A program made the position numbers and the translations under genes. A DNA stretch of 50,789 nt from an uncultured bacterium (GTDB lineage Bacteria > Margulisbacteria > WOR-1 > XYC2-FULL-46-14 > WPAF01): positions 1 to 50,789 of the forward strand of contig CAIYXV010000112.1 of NCBI GenBank assembly GCA_903930225.1. Reading direction: 5' to 3'. The notes under the pieces are model-generated. The model was not told where the DNA came from, made no database searches, and was given only the letters and a program-made list of their open reading frames with translations. Positions 1 to 9,962 of the stretch are shown piece by piece (within the stretch, counting starts at the first letter, position 1; each line of letters starts with the position of its first letter).

Positions 1-1
1 C

Positions 2-706
2 CATTTTATGGCTTCAGACGACAAAATATTACCGGGATTGTATGAGAGATCAATGGGAATGCTGTCAAAATATCCGGAAGCCGGGCTTTGCTGTTCGGAT
101 CTGATATTGTTTAACGGCAAAACTACAAAAGAAAATCGGATGTTCCTAAGCGAACAGGCCGGCTACTTTCCTCCGCGTGAAACGTTGAACTTGTTCTTAA
201 AAGAGAAATTCTCTCCGGTGCAGTCCAGCACGACAATTGTTAAGCGAAAGGCACTTCTTAACGCGGGCGGATTCCGTCCGGAATTGCGATGGTCGATCGA
301 TGCGTTCGCGTTCGATGTCGTAAGCTTTAGGGAAGGGCTTTGCTACGTTCCTGAGGCACTGACTATGGTGCGGAGCCATTTAGGCCAATACGGCGAAAGA
401 AGATATAAGGAGCGCGGTCTTGAAAGAGAGATAATCGCAAAAATGATCGCGCTGGTCCGATCTCCTCAATACGCGGATGTTTTGCCGATGTTTAAACAAA
501 CCGCTCCCTTTTCGACTTTGCCGTTTGAAGTCTTAAAGGTAGCGATAAGTAAAAGAGAAAATTGGGATTTTATATCACCGAAACTGCTTAAGTTTGTCGC
601 GTATGATCTGCTCACAGGTTTTATGTCAAAAATAATGCCTTCCTCTTTGTATATTAGGGCCAGGGAATATTACAGAAATCTGCTCAAGAAGCGGGGGAGT
701 ATTTAA
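2..706 (+). CDS. Glycosyltransferase family 2, 5'-truncated by the window edge
   Basis: Frame is open from base 2; ASDD (DxD-like) motif and GGFRPELRWSID acceptor region typical of GT2; adjacent to another GT2. Confidence 0.75.
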   Translation, partial: HFMASDDKILPGLYERSMGMLSKYPEAGLCCSDLILFNGKTTKENRMFLSEQAGYFPPRETLNLFLKEKFSPVQSSTTIVKRKALLNAGGFRPELRWSIDAFAFDVVSFREGLCYVPEALTMVRSHLGQYGERRYKERGLEREIIAKMIALVRSPQYADVLPMFKQTAPFSTLPFEVLKVAISKRENWDFISPKLLKFVAYDLLTGFMSKIMPSSLYIRAREYYRNLLKKRGSI

Positions 707-1678
707 ATGCCGGAAATAAGCGTTATAATCCCGACGTTTAACCGGGAAACATTTATCGGGGATGCGATCGATTCCGCGCTTAACCAGACATTTTTGGATC
801 TTGAGATCATTGTAGTCGATGACGGTTCAACGGATAATACCCGTAAAATAGTCGCCGCGTATAAGGATCCGCGGATCAAATACGTTTATATTGATAATTC
901 CGGTCTTGCCGCCGCGAGGAATAAAGGGATCACAGAGTCCCGGGGAAGCTATCTGACCTTTCTTGATTCGGACGATATTTTATATAAAAATGCGTTGGAT
1001 GTGCTGTATGAAAATATAAAAAAACGCAAGGTGATGATGCTCTATTCGAATTGTTGTTTGGCAGGGGAAGAAAAAAACATTCCTTTCGGTCTTAAATTCA
1101 AGAAAAAACATTATGAAGGGAAGATCTTTGAAACATTACTTTTAAAAGGCAATTTTATTTCCTGTCTGGGGATATTGATCGATCGGAGAGTGGTTGATAC
1201 TGTCGGATGCTTTGACCCTAATTTTAGGAGGCTTGAAGATTGGGAGTATTTTCTCCGCATCGCAAAAAAACATGAGATTGGTTATGTTGATGAAACGTTG
1301 TCGGAATACCGCTTTCACGGTGGCAATATGACCGATGACTATGAGAGCCAAAATATGGCTAAGATCAAAGTTATCAGGACGATAGACGAGAAGATCGGGA
1401 TAGAAAATAAAATAAAAAGACGGGCTCTGGGGCGAGTGCTTTTTTCGTTGGGCAGGATATATTTGATCCAAAAGGATAAAAGGGCGAAGAGCGTGATATT
1501 TGAAGGGTTGAAGGAAAGCCCCTTTAGCGGTACCGGATATTGGCTTTTTGTTATATCATTATTTAATAAGGATGCGGCGTATATCTTGATCAACGCGACC
1601 GAATCGGTTTACACTCTGCTTTTTTCCATATTGGGGAGGCATAGGAAAGTTGCGCCTCCGGTCAATGGCGGAAAATAA
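707..1678 (+). CDS. Glycosyltransferase family 2
   Basis: ISVIIPTFNR, IIVVDDGSTD, FLDSDD and EDWE motifs. Confidence 0.95.
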   Translation: MPEISVIIPTFNRETFIGDAIDSALNQTFLDLEIIVVDDGSTDNTRKIVAAYKDPRIKYVYIDNSGLAAARNKGITESRGSYLTFLDSDDILYKNALDVLYENIKKRKVMMLYSNCCLAGEEKNIPFGLKFKKKHYEGKIFETLLLKGNFISCLGILIDRRVVDTVGCFDPNFRRLEDWEYFLRIAKKHEIGYVDETLSEYRFHGGNMTDDYESQNMAKIKVIRTIDEKIGIENKIKRRALGRVLFSLGRIYLIQKDKRAKSVIFEGLKESPFSGTGYWLFVISLFNKDAAYILINATESVYTLLFSILGRHRKVAPPVNGGK

Positions 1679-1733
1679 ATAGTACGGAAATGCGGGGAGA
1701 CGTAATATAATGCCAATGAGGGATTAGGATAAA

Positions 1734-2996
1734 ATGAAAGCGATAATCGATCTTTTGATCATCAATGTTTCGGTTGTAATGGCCTTTGTGCTGCGCGAGT
1801 TGTGGGGCAGTTTTCCGGACAAGCCTCCTTCGTTCTTTATGGGCAAATATCTTTTAACTATTCTGGCGCTTAATCTTGTTTATTTGTTCCTGCTCTGGAT
1901 CCTCGGCGCCTACGACCGAAGGCAAAAAAGGGCTCTGCTTGAGGAATTTGTCCTGATCTTTGGGGTTATCTCTACCGGTCTTTTTGTCCTGCTCACGTTC
2001 CTTTTTATGGGGAGAATGTGGTGGATGTCGCGGGGGATCATTTACATGTTTTGGGCGTTCTCTATCGTACTGCTATGCCTTTCGAGAATGGCAACGCGGG
2101 GAAAAACACCGAGGGACACTCTGGTAGTTGACCTTTCGCGAACGTTAAAAGAGCTTGAAAACAGAAAAAAGGCGCTGGAAAAAACCATTCTTGAACCGGT
2201 ATCGATCGTTATTGTCACTTACAACAGCCGGGAAAAGATCGGAGGCTGTTTAGACTCGCTGTTAAAAGCCGATCTTAAAATAAAAAATGAGATTATAGTC
2301 GTGGACAACGCGTCTCTGGATGATACGGCCGCAATGATAGCTGATAAATATCCGCGGATCAGATTGATCAAGAACCAGAATAATCTTGGATATTCCAAAG
2401 CGGTCAATCAGGGCATCCGGGCCGCGGGATCAAACTTGATCCTGATCCTTAATCCGGATATGACAGTGTTCCCTGGAACGATCGAAGTAATGATGGAATA
2501 TATGATCATTAATCCCGAGGTTGGCCTGGCTGGCTGCAAGCTCCTCAACCGGAACGGCAGTTTGCAGTATTCCGCCAGGCGGTTTTTAGATCTGCGCACT
2601 TATTTGTACCGGTTCACCCCGTTGCGCGGCCTGTTGAAGGGTAGCGCGCTTGAAAGATCGTACCTTATGCAGGATTGGGACCATAATGAAGACCGCGACG
2701 TCGATTGGGTGTTGGGAGGTTGCATGCTGGGCACAAGATCGGCGATCAATAAAGTCGGGCTGATGGACGAGAACCTCTTTTTATACTTTGAGGATACCGA
2801 CTGGTGCTTCAGGATGTGGGACAAAGGATATCGGGTCGCCTATATCAAAAGCGCGGTGATGGTGCACGAGCATTTGCGCTTAAGCGCGAACCGGCTTTTA
2901 AGCCGCCCCGCCTATGAACATTTTAAAAGCCTTTTATATTATTTAAGGAAACATGGATTGCAGTTCCCGAAGAATTGTCCCTCGAGCTGGGAATAA
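1734..2996 (+). CDS. GT2 (rhamnosyltransferase-like) fused to an N-terminal 4-TM domain resembling the WcaJ/WbaP N-terminus
   Basis: Four hydrophobic segments in aa 1-120, then VSIVIVTYNS, VVDNAS, LNPD and FLYFEDTDWC. Confidence 0.88.
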   Translation: MKAIIDLLIINVSVVMAFVLRELWGSFPDKPPSFFMGKYLLTILALNLVYLFLLWILGAYDRRQKRALLEEFVLIFGVISTGLFVLLTFLFMGRMWWMSRGIIYMFWAFSIVLLCLSRMATRGKTPRDTLVVDLSRTLKELENRKKALEKTILEPVSIVIVTYNSREKIGGCLDSLLKADLKIKNEIIVVDNASLDDTAAMIADKYPRIRLIKNQNNLGYSKAVNQGIRAAGSNLILILNPDMTVFPGTIEVMMEYMIINPEVGLAGCKLLNRNGSLQYSARRFLDLRTYLYRFTPLRGLLKGSALERSYLMQDWDHNEDRDVDWVLGGCMLGTRSAINKVGLMDENLFLYFEDTDWCFRMWDKGYRVAYIKSAVMVHEHLRLSANRLLSRPAYEHFKSLLYYLRKHGLQFPKNCPSSWE

Positions 2997-3000
2997 ATAA

Positions 3001-3009
3001 TGGTAAAAT
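3001..3009 (+). promoter_or_regulatory. Extended -10 promoter (TGG-TAAAAT) 6 nt before the rmlC ATG; probably leaderless
   Basis: tggtaaaat-actgat-ATG with no Shine-Dalgarno. Confidence 0.45.
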
Positions 3010-3015
3010 ACTGAT

Positions 3016-3654
3016 ATGAAAATAATCGAAGTTAAAGAACTCGCGCTTCCGGGCGTAAAAGTTGTCCGTTACGCCCGCTTTGGGGACGCCCGCGGTTTTT
3101 TCTCTGAATCTTATAGAAGTTCGGACCTCAAAAATGATCCCCGACTGGCGTTCCTTAAGAATGTGGAATTCTTGCAGATGAACGAAAGTTATTCCCGGCC
3201 GAATACCGTCCGGGGACTGCATTTTCAGTGGAACCCGTACATGGGAAAGCTGGTAAGGACCTTAAGGGGAAGAATGGTGGATATTTTCCTTGACATCAGA
3301 AAAGGATCGGCGACTTTCGGCCGGGCGGCCATGTACGATATGCCGTCCGATCTTGGCGCCGATTTTTCGGAATGGATCTGGATCCCGCCCGGTTTCGCCC
3401 ACGGGAATTATTTTACCGTTGAAAGCCAGATCGAGTATTTTTGCTCGGGCGAGTACAGCCCCGGCTGTGAAGCGGGGATCTCCCCGTTCTCGAAAGACAT
3501 CAACTGGGATCTTTGTCCTGAAAATTTGATGAAAGAATTCATTAAGATCAAGAACGGCGCTCCGTTGATCACGGATAAAGACAAAAACGGTTATTCGGTC
3601 GCGGAATGGGAAAAAAATCCCAGAGCTGATAATTTTAAGATCCGTGCCCTGTAA
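3016..3654 (+). CDS. rmlC: dTDP-4-dehydrorhamnose 3,5-epimerase
   Basis: DARGFFSESY, RGLHFQ and WIPPGFAHG motifs. Confidence 0.93.
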   Translation: MKIIEVKELALPGVKVVRYARFGDARGFFSESYRSSDLKNDPRLAFLKNVEFLQMNESYSRPNTVRGLHFQWNPYMGKLVRTLRGRMVDIFLDIRKGSATFGRAAMYDMPSDLGADFSEWIWIPPGFAHGNYFTVESQIEYFCSGEYSPGCEAGISPFSKDINWDLCPENLMKEFIKIKNGAPLITDKDKNGYSVAEWEKNPRADNFKIRAL

Positions 3655-3661
3655 ACTCCAA

Positions 3662-4258
3662 ATGAAAATTAAAATACTGCTGTTCGTCTTATTTATTATC
3701 CTGATCGGTTGGCTTAGCTATCCTTGGATCTTGAATTCAATGGCCGGTTTTCTGGTCGTGCAGGGTAAGTTAAGCAAGGCGGACGCGATCCTGGTCCTTG
3801 CCGGAGACAGTAACGGAGAGCGAGTCGCTCAAGCAGTGGCACTCTATAAGAACGGATGGGCTCCCCGGCTGGTGATGAGCGGCGGACCGGCGGTATGGAG
3901 CCTAACCTATGCCCGGAACATGCGGAACCAGGCGAAATATCTTGGGGTTCCGGATAAAGATCTTTATCTTCAGGACAAGTCGGAGTCAACCTACGAAGAT
4001 GCCAAGTTTTCATTGCCTATTTTAAAAAACCTGGGAGCACGCAAGATAATACTGGTCTCTTCTCCGTATCACATGAGGCGCGCCACGCTGGTGACCCGCA
4101 AAATGTATCGCTCAAGCAACATTGAGATCATTCCGTATCCGGTGCAGCAGTCAAGATGGAAGAGCGACGGCTGGTGGAAGCGGCACGAGGACACGCAAAT
4201 GGTGGTCTGGGAATATATGGCCATGATCGAATATTTATTGAAGGGCTGGCTGATATAA
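3662..4258 (+). CDS. YdcF/DUF218 (SanA/ElyC-like) membrane-anchored protein
   Basis: N-terminal TM, DAILVLAG, MSGG, SESTYEDA and SSPYHMRRA; ATG 3662 preferred over GTG 3644. Confidence 0.88.
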   Translation: MKIKILLFVLFIILIGWLSYPWILNSMAGFLVVQGKLSKADAILVLAGDSNGERVAQAVALYKNGWAPRLVMSGGPAVWSLTYARNMRNQAKYLGVPDKDLYLQDKSESTYEDAKFSLPILKNLGARKIILVSSPYHMRRATLVTRKMYRSSNIEIIPYPVQQSRWKSDGWWKRHEDTQMVVWEYMAMIEYLLKGWLI

Positions 4259-4272
4259 GGTAAGATGATAAT

Positions 4273-5139
4273 ATGAAGACGGCGGTGATCGGCGCGGACG
4301 GACAGCTGGGAAGCGATCTGCGTAAAATAATCCCGGACAATGAACTGATACCCCTTACGATCAAGGATCTTGATATCGCCGATTATGAAAAAACAAGAGC
4401 GGTGCTGTTAGCCGCCGCTCCATCTGTTGTGATCAACACGGCGGCTTACCACCGGGTTGACGACTGCGAAATAAATGATAATGAAGCTTACCGCGTGAAC
4501 GCCCACGGGGCGAAAAACCTATCTCTGATCTGCCGCGAACTGAACATTGATCTGGTGCATATTTCCACCGATTACGTTTTTTCGGGCGACCGAATGTCGC
4601 CTTATTCGGAGACCGATCCTCCTGACCCGAAAACCGCCTACGGGATATCAAAGCTGGCGGGCGAGCAATTCGTAAAATACTTAATCCCCGCGCACTATGT
4701 TGTGCGGACTTGCGGGCTGTATGGGGTGGCCGGATGCCTGGGGAAGGGCGGGGGCAATTTTGTGGAGAACATGATACGTAAAGCCGCCGCGGGTGAAGCG
4801 ATAAAAGTAGTGGATGATGAGATCGTCGGCCCGACCTATACATTTGACCTTGCGCAAAAAATATGGGAGCTGGTCAGAACAAAAAAGTACGGCCTTTATC
4901 ATATTACCAATTCCGGACAGTGCTCGTGGTGGGAATTCGCTTCCGAGATCTTTAAGATACAAGGAATTGATGTGAAAATTAAAAAGACCAGCGCGGCGGA
5001 ATTTAAGGCTATGGCCCACCGGCCCAAGTTTTCGATCCTTGAGAATAAAATGCTTGAGCGCTCCGGGCTGTCGGGGATGAGGCCTTGGAAAGAAGCTTTG
5101 CGCGCTTATCTTGAGGAAAGAGGCCGGTCCATTAGATGA
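4273..5139 (+). CDS. rmlD: dTDP-4-dehydrorhamnose reductase
   Basis: GADGQLG, HISTDYVF and YGISKLAGE motifs. Confidence 0.95.
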   Translation: MKTAVIGADGQLGSDLRKIIPDNELIPLTIKDLDIADYEKTRAVLLAAAPSVVINTAAYHRVDDCEINDNEAYRVNAHGAKNLSLICRELNIDLVHISTDYVFSGDRMSPYSETDPPDPKTAYGISKLAGEQFVKYLIPAHYVVRTCGLYGVAGCLGKGGGNFVENMIRKAAAGEAIKVVDDEIVGPTYTFDLAQKIWELVRTKKYGLYHITNSGQCSWWEFASEIFKIQGIDVKIKKTSAAEFKAMAHRPKFSILENKMLERSGLSGMRPWKEALRAYLEERGRSIR

Positions 5140-6221
5140 AGGCCGCTATTGTTCATGATTACCTGATCCAGATGGGCGGGGCGGAACGGGTGGTCGCGGC
5201 AATGCATAAATTATTCCCTCAAGCTCCGGTATTTACCTCTGTTTTTCGTAAAAATAAATTATCGGATGATTTTTCTGGCATGGACATCCGGACATCATTT
5301 CTGCAGAACTGGCCGCTGATGGACCAGGAATTCAGGCTATATTTCCTGCTATATCCTCTGGCTTTTTACCTGATGGACCTTTCAGGCTATGACCTTGTGA
5401 TTTCCTCATCTTCCGCTTACGCGAAAGGGATAAAAAAAAGAAAAGGACAGCTGCATATTTGTTACTGCCATACTCCCATGCGGTTCGCCTGGAGATTTGA
5501 TGATTATATTAGAATGCAGGGGCTTGGAAATCTTTCTGCCGCGGTCCTTTCCCCCTTTATGAGCTTGCTTAGGATGTGGGACCGGTGGTCATCCGATAAT
5601 GTTGATCATTTTATCGCCAATTCCGCTTTCATCGCTGCGCGTATCAAGTCGATTTATAATCGTGATTCTGTTATAATACATCCGCCGGTAGAAACCTCGG
5701 ATTTTGATCCCGCCGGAGCCGACGGGGATTATTTTTTGATCGTTTCCCGCCTGCTTTCTTACAAGCGGATCGATATCGCGGTGAATGCTTTTTGCCGTCT
5801 TCAATATCCTCTTAAGATCGTGGGAGAGGGGCCGGCGCGACGAGCGCTGGAGAAGATCTCCGGCCCGAATATCGAATTTTTAGGTAGACTGCCGGACGAT
5901 CAGGTCAAACGGCTTTTTTCCGGCTGCCGGGCGCTGATCTTTCCGGGAGAAGAAGATTTTGGGATCACGCCGATCGAAGCGGCCGCGTCGGGAAGGCCGA
6001 CCATCGCTTATAGGGGCGGCGGCGCTCTCGAAACAGTGATCGATGGGGAAACCGGCGTGATGTTTAATACGCAGGAATCTTCGGCCCTGGCTGAAGCAGT
6101 GATTCGATTTAATGAAATAAAGTTCGACCGATCGCGATTAGCGGCACACGCACGAAAGTTTGATCGGACCGTATTTGAAGAAAAGTTTAGGAGATTTTTG
6201 GATGAAATTAAAACATTTTGA
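5136..6221 (+). CDS. Glycosyltransferase family 4 (mannosyltransferase-like)
   Basis: HDYLIQMGGAERV, YCHTPMR and EDFGITPIEAAASG (EX7E). Confidence 0.93.
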   Translation: MKAAIVHDYLIQMGGAERVVAAMHKLFPQAPVFTSVFRKNKLSDDFSGMDIRTSFLQNWPLMDQEFRLYFLLYPLAFYLMDLSGYDLVISSSSAYAKGIKKRKGQLHICYCHTPMRFAWRFDDYIRMQGLGNLSAAVLSPFMSLLRMWDRWSSDNVDHFIANSAFIAARIKSIYNRDSVIIHPPVETSDFDPAGADGDYFLIVSRLLSYKRIDIAVNAFCRLQYPLKIVGEGPARRALEKISGPNIEFLGRLPDDQVKRLFSGCRALIFPGEEDFGITPIEAAASGRPTIAYRGGGALETVIDGETGVMFNTQESSALAEAVIRFNEIKFDRSRLAAHARKFDRTVFEEKFRRFLDEIKTF

Positions 6222-8583
6222 CCGGGCGATAGAGATACTTTTCGTAGCGATGCTTTTTTTCATTCCGATCATTTTTGACCGCAGGATCGGGATCGTTTTT
6301 TCCGGAACCAAATCCGCATTTTTACGCGTTTTTATTATTCTAATCGCGCTCCTGTTTGTTTTAAAGCAGCTCCTGGGCGGAAAGCATATCTTTAAAAGAT
6401 CCCTGCTGGACTGGCCGGTCCTGGCTTATCTTTTCATCATTGTCGCGGCGACCATTAATTCCGTTAATCCGATCATAAGTTTCTGGGGTTTTTACGGCAG
6501 GTATGAAGGCTTAACTACCTGGCTCTGCCTCGGCATTATGTTCTTTATTGTTACTAATTTTTTCTCCGGTACGAAAAAAACAAAATTAATTTCGGCGGCG
6601 GTAATGCCGGTGGCGACGGTAATGGCTATTTACGGGATAATTCAGCGTTATGAGCGCGATCCTTATGCCTGGGGCGGAGTGGTCACAAAAGACCGGGTGA
6701 TCGCGACCATCGGACAGCCGAATTTTCTCGCGGCATATGTGATAATGGCGTTCTTTCTGAGCCTGTTTTTTCTTCTTGAAAACAATAAGCGGGAAGAAAA
6801 CAGTAAGCCCTTGCCGGCTGATAAACAAACCAAAAAAGCGGGAAAGAGCATCATTAGCGCGAACTGGTTTCTTGATCTTCTGCCTTTGCTTTATTTTATC
6901 CTGGTGCCCTTGATCTTTGCCGCTACGATCTTTTCACAGAACGGGATCGATATCGTGGTCTGGTATTTATGCTTCTTTTTAATGACCGCCTGCTCATGCC
7001 TTTTTGCTTTTACTTACGAGAGACTGCCAAAGGTCGTTCTTGATGCTCTTATTGTCTGCAGTCTGGGATTGAGCTATCTGGTGCTTTACTACACGCAGAG
7101 CCGCGGCGCCTATATTGGTTTTGCGGTTGCCGGCGTTCTTTTTATTATGCTAGTACCCAAGAAGCTGCTTTTTGCCAATTGGAAAAAATTGGGCATTATT
7201 GCTCTGATCATTGGATTTGTAACATTGTTTGCCGGAGGAGGATCGCCTTTTGCCCGATACAGCGCGGAGATCAAAATAGATAAGATCGAGCAGCCGGCTT
7301 CGACCAATCCCCAGACGAAAGCCATCACGAAAAAGGAAACAAAGACCAATATTGAATTGTCAGGCGCCGCGGGAAGCCGCATTGAAACCTGGAAGAGCGC
7401 GGCCGGCATAATTGTCGACCATCCGGTATTCGGGATCGGGCCGGAAGTTTTGAAAATGATATTCCCCCGGTACGAGACCAATCTTTTTAGATTTAAAGAA
7501 GCTTTCCACGTAAAGCAGGACCGCTGCCATAATGAGACCTTCGACGTTCCGGTCACAAAGGGTCTGGTCGGATTTTTTGTCTACCTTATTATACTGGGAT
7601 CGATCTTTGGTTTAGGTTTTAAAAAATGCGCGAAGCTTGATGATAGCAGTAAGATAGTCACGGCATCGCTTCTTTCGGCTATGGTCGCTTATCTGTTCCA
7701 AAACCAGTTCAGTTTTGGCGTTATTGCCATTACCTCGCTTTTCTGGGTAGTCTGGGGCATGGTTATGAGCGTTGGTTCTCCCTCGTCCCACGAAGCGGCG
7801 GATGACAACCGCGATCTGTCGTGGGATGCCGTTCCCTGGATCCCGGTCGCGCTGGTAACCGCGATCGTGGTTTTTATGATCTTTGTTTCTTTTCAGCAGT
7901 TCATGGCCGATCTGCATTTCAAGACCGGAAAATCTTACACTGACATGGGGAATCTTGCGCCGTCGCTTATGGAATTCGATCGATCACTGCAGATCTTCCC
8001 ATACGAGGGCGGTACGATCACAAACTACGGCATTTCGCTGCTCAACGAATCCCAGCGCGAGCAGGGTGATGCCAGGAATAAAATGGTAGATCAGGCGATA
8101 TCAGTGTTCGATTTCGGGATGAAGGTCGATCCGTACAACGCCGATAACTTTTACATAACTTCCAGGATCTATTTAATGAAGAACGACCTGAAACGGACGA
8201 TCGAGCTCGCGCAAAAAACGCTGAAGATAGACCCTTATTACGCGGAAGCGCACCTTTCGCTGGCCGATGCGTACACAAGGATGGGCAAGGCGGATGAGGC
8301 CCAGAAAGAATATGACGAAACCTATCGGATCAATCCCAATCTTACCGAGCCAAAAATAAGGACGGGCTGGAAGATGATCGAATCGAACCGGCTTGATCAG
8401 GCTTTCCAGCTTTTCCAGGACATGTTGTCGACCGATCCCAGGAACGTTGACGTCCATGATGCGCTGGGAGCGATTTATTTAAAGCGGGGGGATCGCGCCC
8501 GGGCAAAAGAGGAATTCGAGCAGGCGCTTGCTTTTGACCCCAATAACCAGTATGCGCACAAGATGCTGCAATGGTTAAAATAA
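6202..8583 (+). CDS. O-antigen ligase/Wzy_C family membrane protein with C-terminal TPR repeats
   Basis: About 12 TMs; TIGQPNFLAAY, TQSRGAY, RIETW...GIGP and HNE motifs; TPR-like C-terminus; AGGAG Shine-Dalgarno before ATG 6202. Confidence 0.88.
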   Translation: MKLKHFDRAIEILFVAMLFFIPIIFDRRIGIVFSGTKSAFLRVFIILIALLFVLKQLLGGKHIFKRSLLDWPVLAYLFIIVAATINSVNPIISFWGFYGRYEGLTTWLCLGIMFFIVTNFFSGTKKTKLISAAVMPVATVMAIYGIIQRYERDPYAWGGVVTKDRVIATIGQPNFLAAYVIMAFFLSLFFLLENNKREENSKPLPADKQTKKAGKSIISANWFLDLLPLLYFILVPLIFAATIFSQNGIDIVVWYLCFFLMTACSCLFAFTYERLPKVVLDALIVCSLGLSYLVLYYTQSRGAYIGFAVAGVLFIMLVPKKLLFANWKKLGIIALIIGFVTLFAGGGSPFARYSAEIKIDKIEQPASTNPQTKAITKKETKTNIELSGAAGSRIETWKSAAGIIVDHPVFGIGPEVLKMIFPRYETNLFRFKEAFHVKQDRCHNETFDVPVTKGLVGFFVYLIILGSIFGLGFKKCAKLDDSSKIVTASLLSAMVAYLFQNQFSFGVIAITSLFWVVWGMVMSVGSPSSHEAADDNRDLSWDAVPWIPVALVTAIVVFMIFVSFQQFMADLHFKTGKSYTDMGNLAPSLMEFDRSLQIFPYEGGTITNYGISLLNESQREQGDARNKMVDQAISVFDFGMKVDPYNADNFYITSRIYLMKNDLKRTIELAQKTLKIDPYYAEAHLSLADAYTRMGKADEAQKEYDETYRINPNLTEPKIRTGWKMIESNRLDQAFQLFQDMLSTDPRNVDVHDALGAIYLKRGDRARAKEEFEQALAFDPNNQYAHKMLQWLK

Positions 8584-9962
8584 TACTTGATGCGGCACTG
8601 ATCTACTGTTCGTTCCTGCTGGCGTATTATCTGCGTTTTCATACCCTGATGGCATATTTCCCGACCGCGCATATGGGATTTAAGAATTATTCCGGGACCC
8701 TTCTGATCGTAGTTATTCTCTGGCTGGCTATTCTTAAGCTGATCGGGCTTTACGATGAAAAACGCTCCCGGATGATAATCGACGAGATCGCCCTGCTTTT
8801 CCTTTCTGTTTTAGTCGCGGCTTTCACCCTGTTCGGTTTTCTTTTTCTTTACCGTGGGCTCTGGTATTCGAGGCTTTTAATTATCTGCGCTTTTGTAATT
8901 GCGATCATCGGATTGACCCTTGAACGTCTTCTTTTAAACGGCATCTCAAAAATGATGAAGAAATATGGTTTTGGGAGAAAGCGGGTGCTGATACTGGGCG
9001 CGGGAAATATGGGGCAGACACTGGCTTCACGATTAAAGACGGACCGCACTTTAGGCGGTGAGCCGGTCGCGTATCTTGACGATGATATAGGAAAGATCGG
9101 GAAACTATATAAGAACGTGGCCGTCCTGGGCCCGATCGCTAACATCAAAGAAATAATAAAAAAAGAAAATATAAACGAAGTGATATTCGCCACGACCAAG
9201 CTTCCTTATCAGACAACGCTTGATATCATTACCGAATGTGAAGTGCTTAAGGTCAGTTTTAAGATCGTTCCGGGCATCCTGGAAATCATCGCTTCCCGGG
9301 TCGACATAGAGGAAATGGGAGGGATCCCCCTCATCACGGTCAAGGAGATCGGACTGAAAGGTTTTAACGCTTTTATTAAAAGAGCGATCGATATTTTATC
9401 CTCCGCTTTTTTGCTTGTTATTTTATCGCCGATATTTGCTCTTATTTCCATTCTGGTAAAGATCGATTCCCCGGGAGTGGTCTTTTTCAGCCAGGACCGG
9501 GTGGGGAAGGACGGAAAGATATTTAAAATGTTTAAATTCCGCTCCATGATCGCGGGCGCGGATGAGATGATCCCGCAGCTTAAAGAATTGTCCGAGACCG
9601 AAGGCCATATCTTCAAGATAAAGGACGACCCCCGGATGACCCGGGTCGGGAAGTGGATCCGGCGGCTGTCGATCGATGAATGGCCGCAGCTTTTAAATGT
9701 ATTGATCGGCGATATGAGCCTGGTCGGGCCGAGACCTCCGCTGCCCCGCGAGGTGGAAAAATATTCTCCCTGGCACCGGAAACGCCTGCGGATCGCGCCT
9801 GGGATAACCGGGCTCTGGCAGGTTTCCGGTCGGTCGCTTCTGCCTTTTGAGGATATGGTGCGGCTGGATATTTATTACATTGAGAACTGGTCGCTGTGGT
9901 TTGACGTGAAGCTACTTTTTCGGACGATCTCGGTGGTCCTGACCGCTTTCGGCGCTTATTAA
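8571..9962 (+). CDS. Polyprenyl-phosphate hexose-1-phosphate transferase (WcaJ/WbaP family)
   Basis: KRAIDI, FKFRSM, DDPRMTRVG, DEWPQL, MSLVGPRP and PGITGLWQVSGRS. Confidence 0.95.
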   Translation: MVKIILDAALIYCSFLLAYYLRFHTLMAYFPTAHMGFKNYSGTLLIVVILWLAILKLIGLYDEKRSRMIIDEIALLFLSVLVAAFTLFGFLFLYRGLWYSRLLIICAFVIAIIGLTLERLLLNGISKMMKKYGFGRKRVLILGAGNMGQTLASRLKTDRTLGGEPVAYLDDDIGKIGKLYKNVAVLGPIANIKEIIKKENINEVIFATTKLPYQTTLDIITECEVLKVSFKIVPGILEIIASRVDIEEMGGIPLITVKEIGLKGFNAFIKRAIDILSSAFLLVILSPIFALISILVKIDSPGVVFFSQDRVGKDGKIFKMFKFRSMIAGADEMIPQLKELSETEGHIFKIKDDPRMTRVGKWIRRLSIDEWPQLLNVLIGDMSLVGPRPPLPREVEKYSPWHRKRLRIAPGITGLWQVSGRSLLPFEDMVRLDIYYIENWSLWFDVKLLFRTISVVLTAFGAY

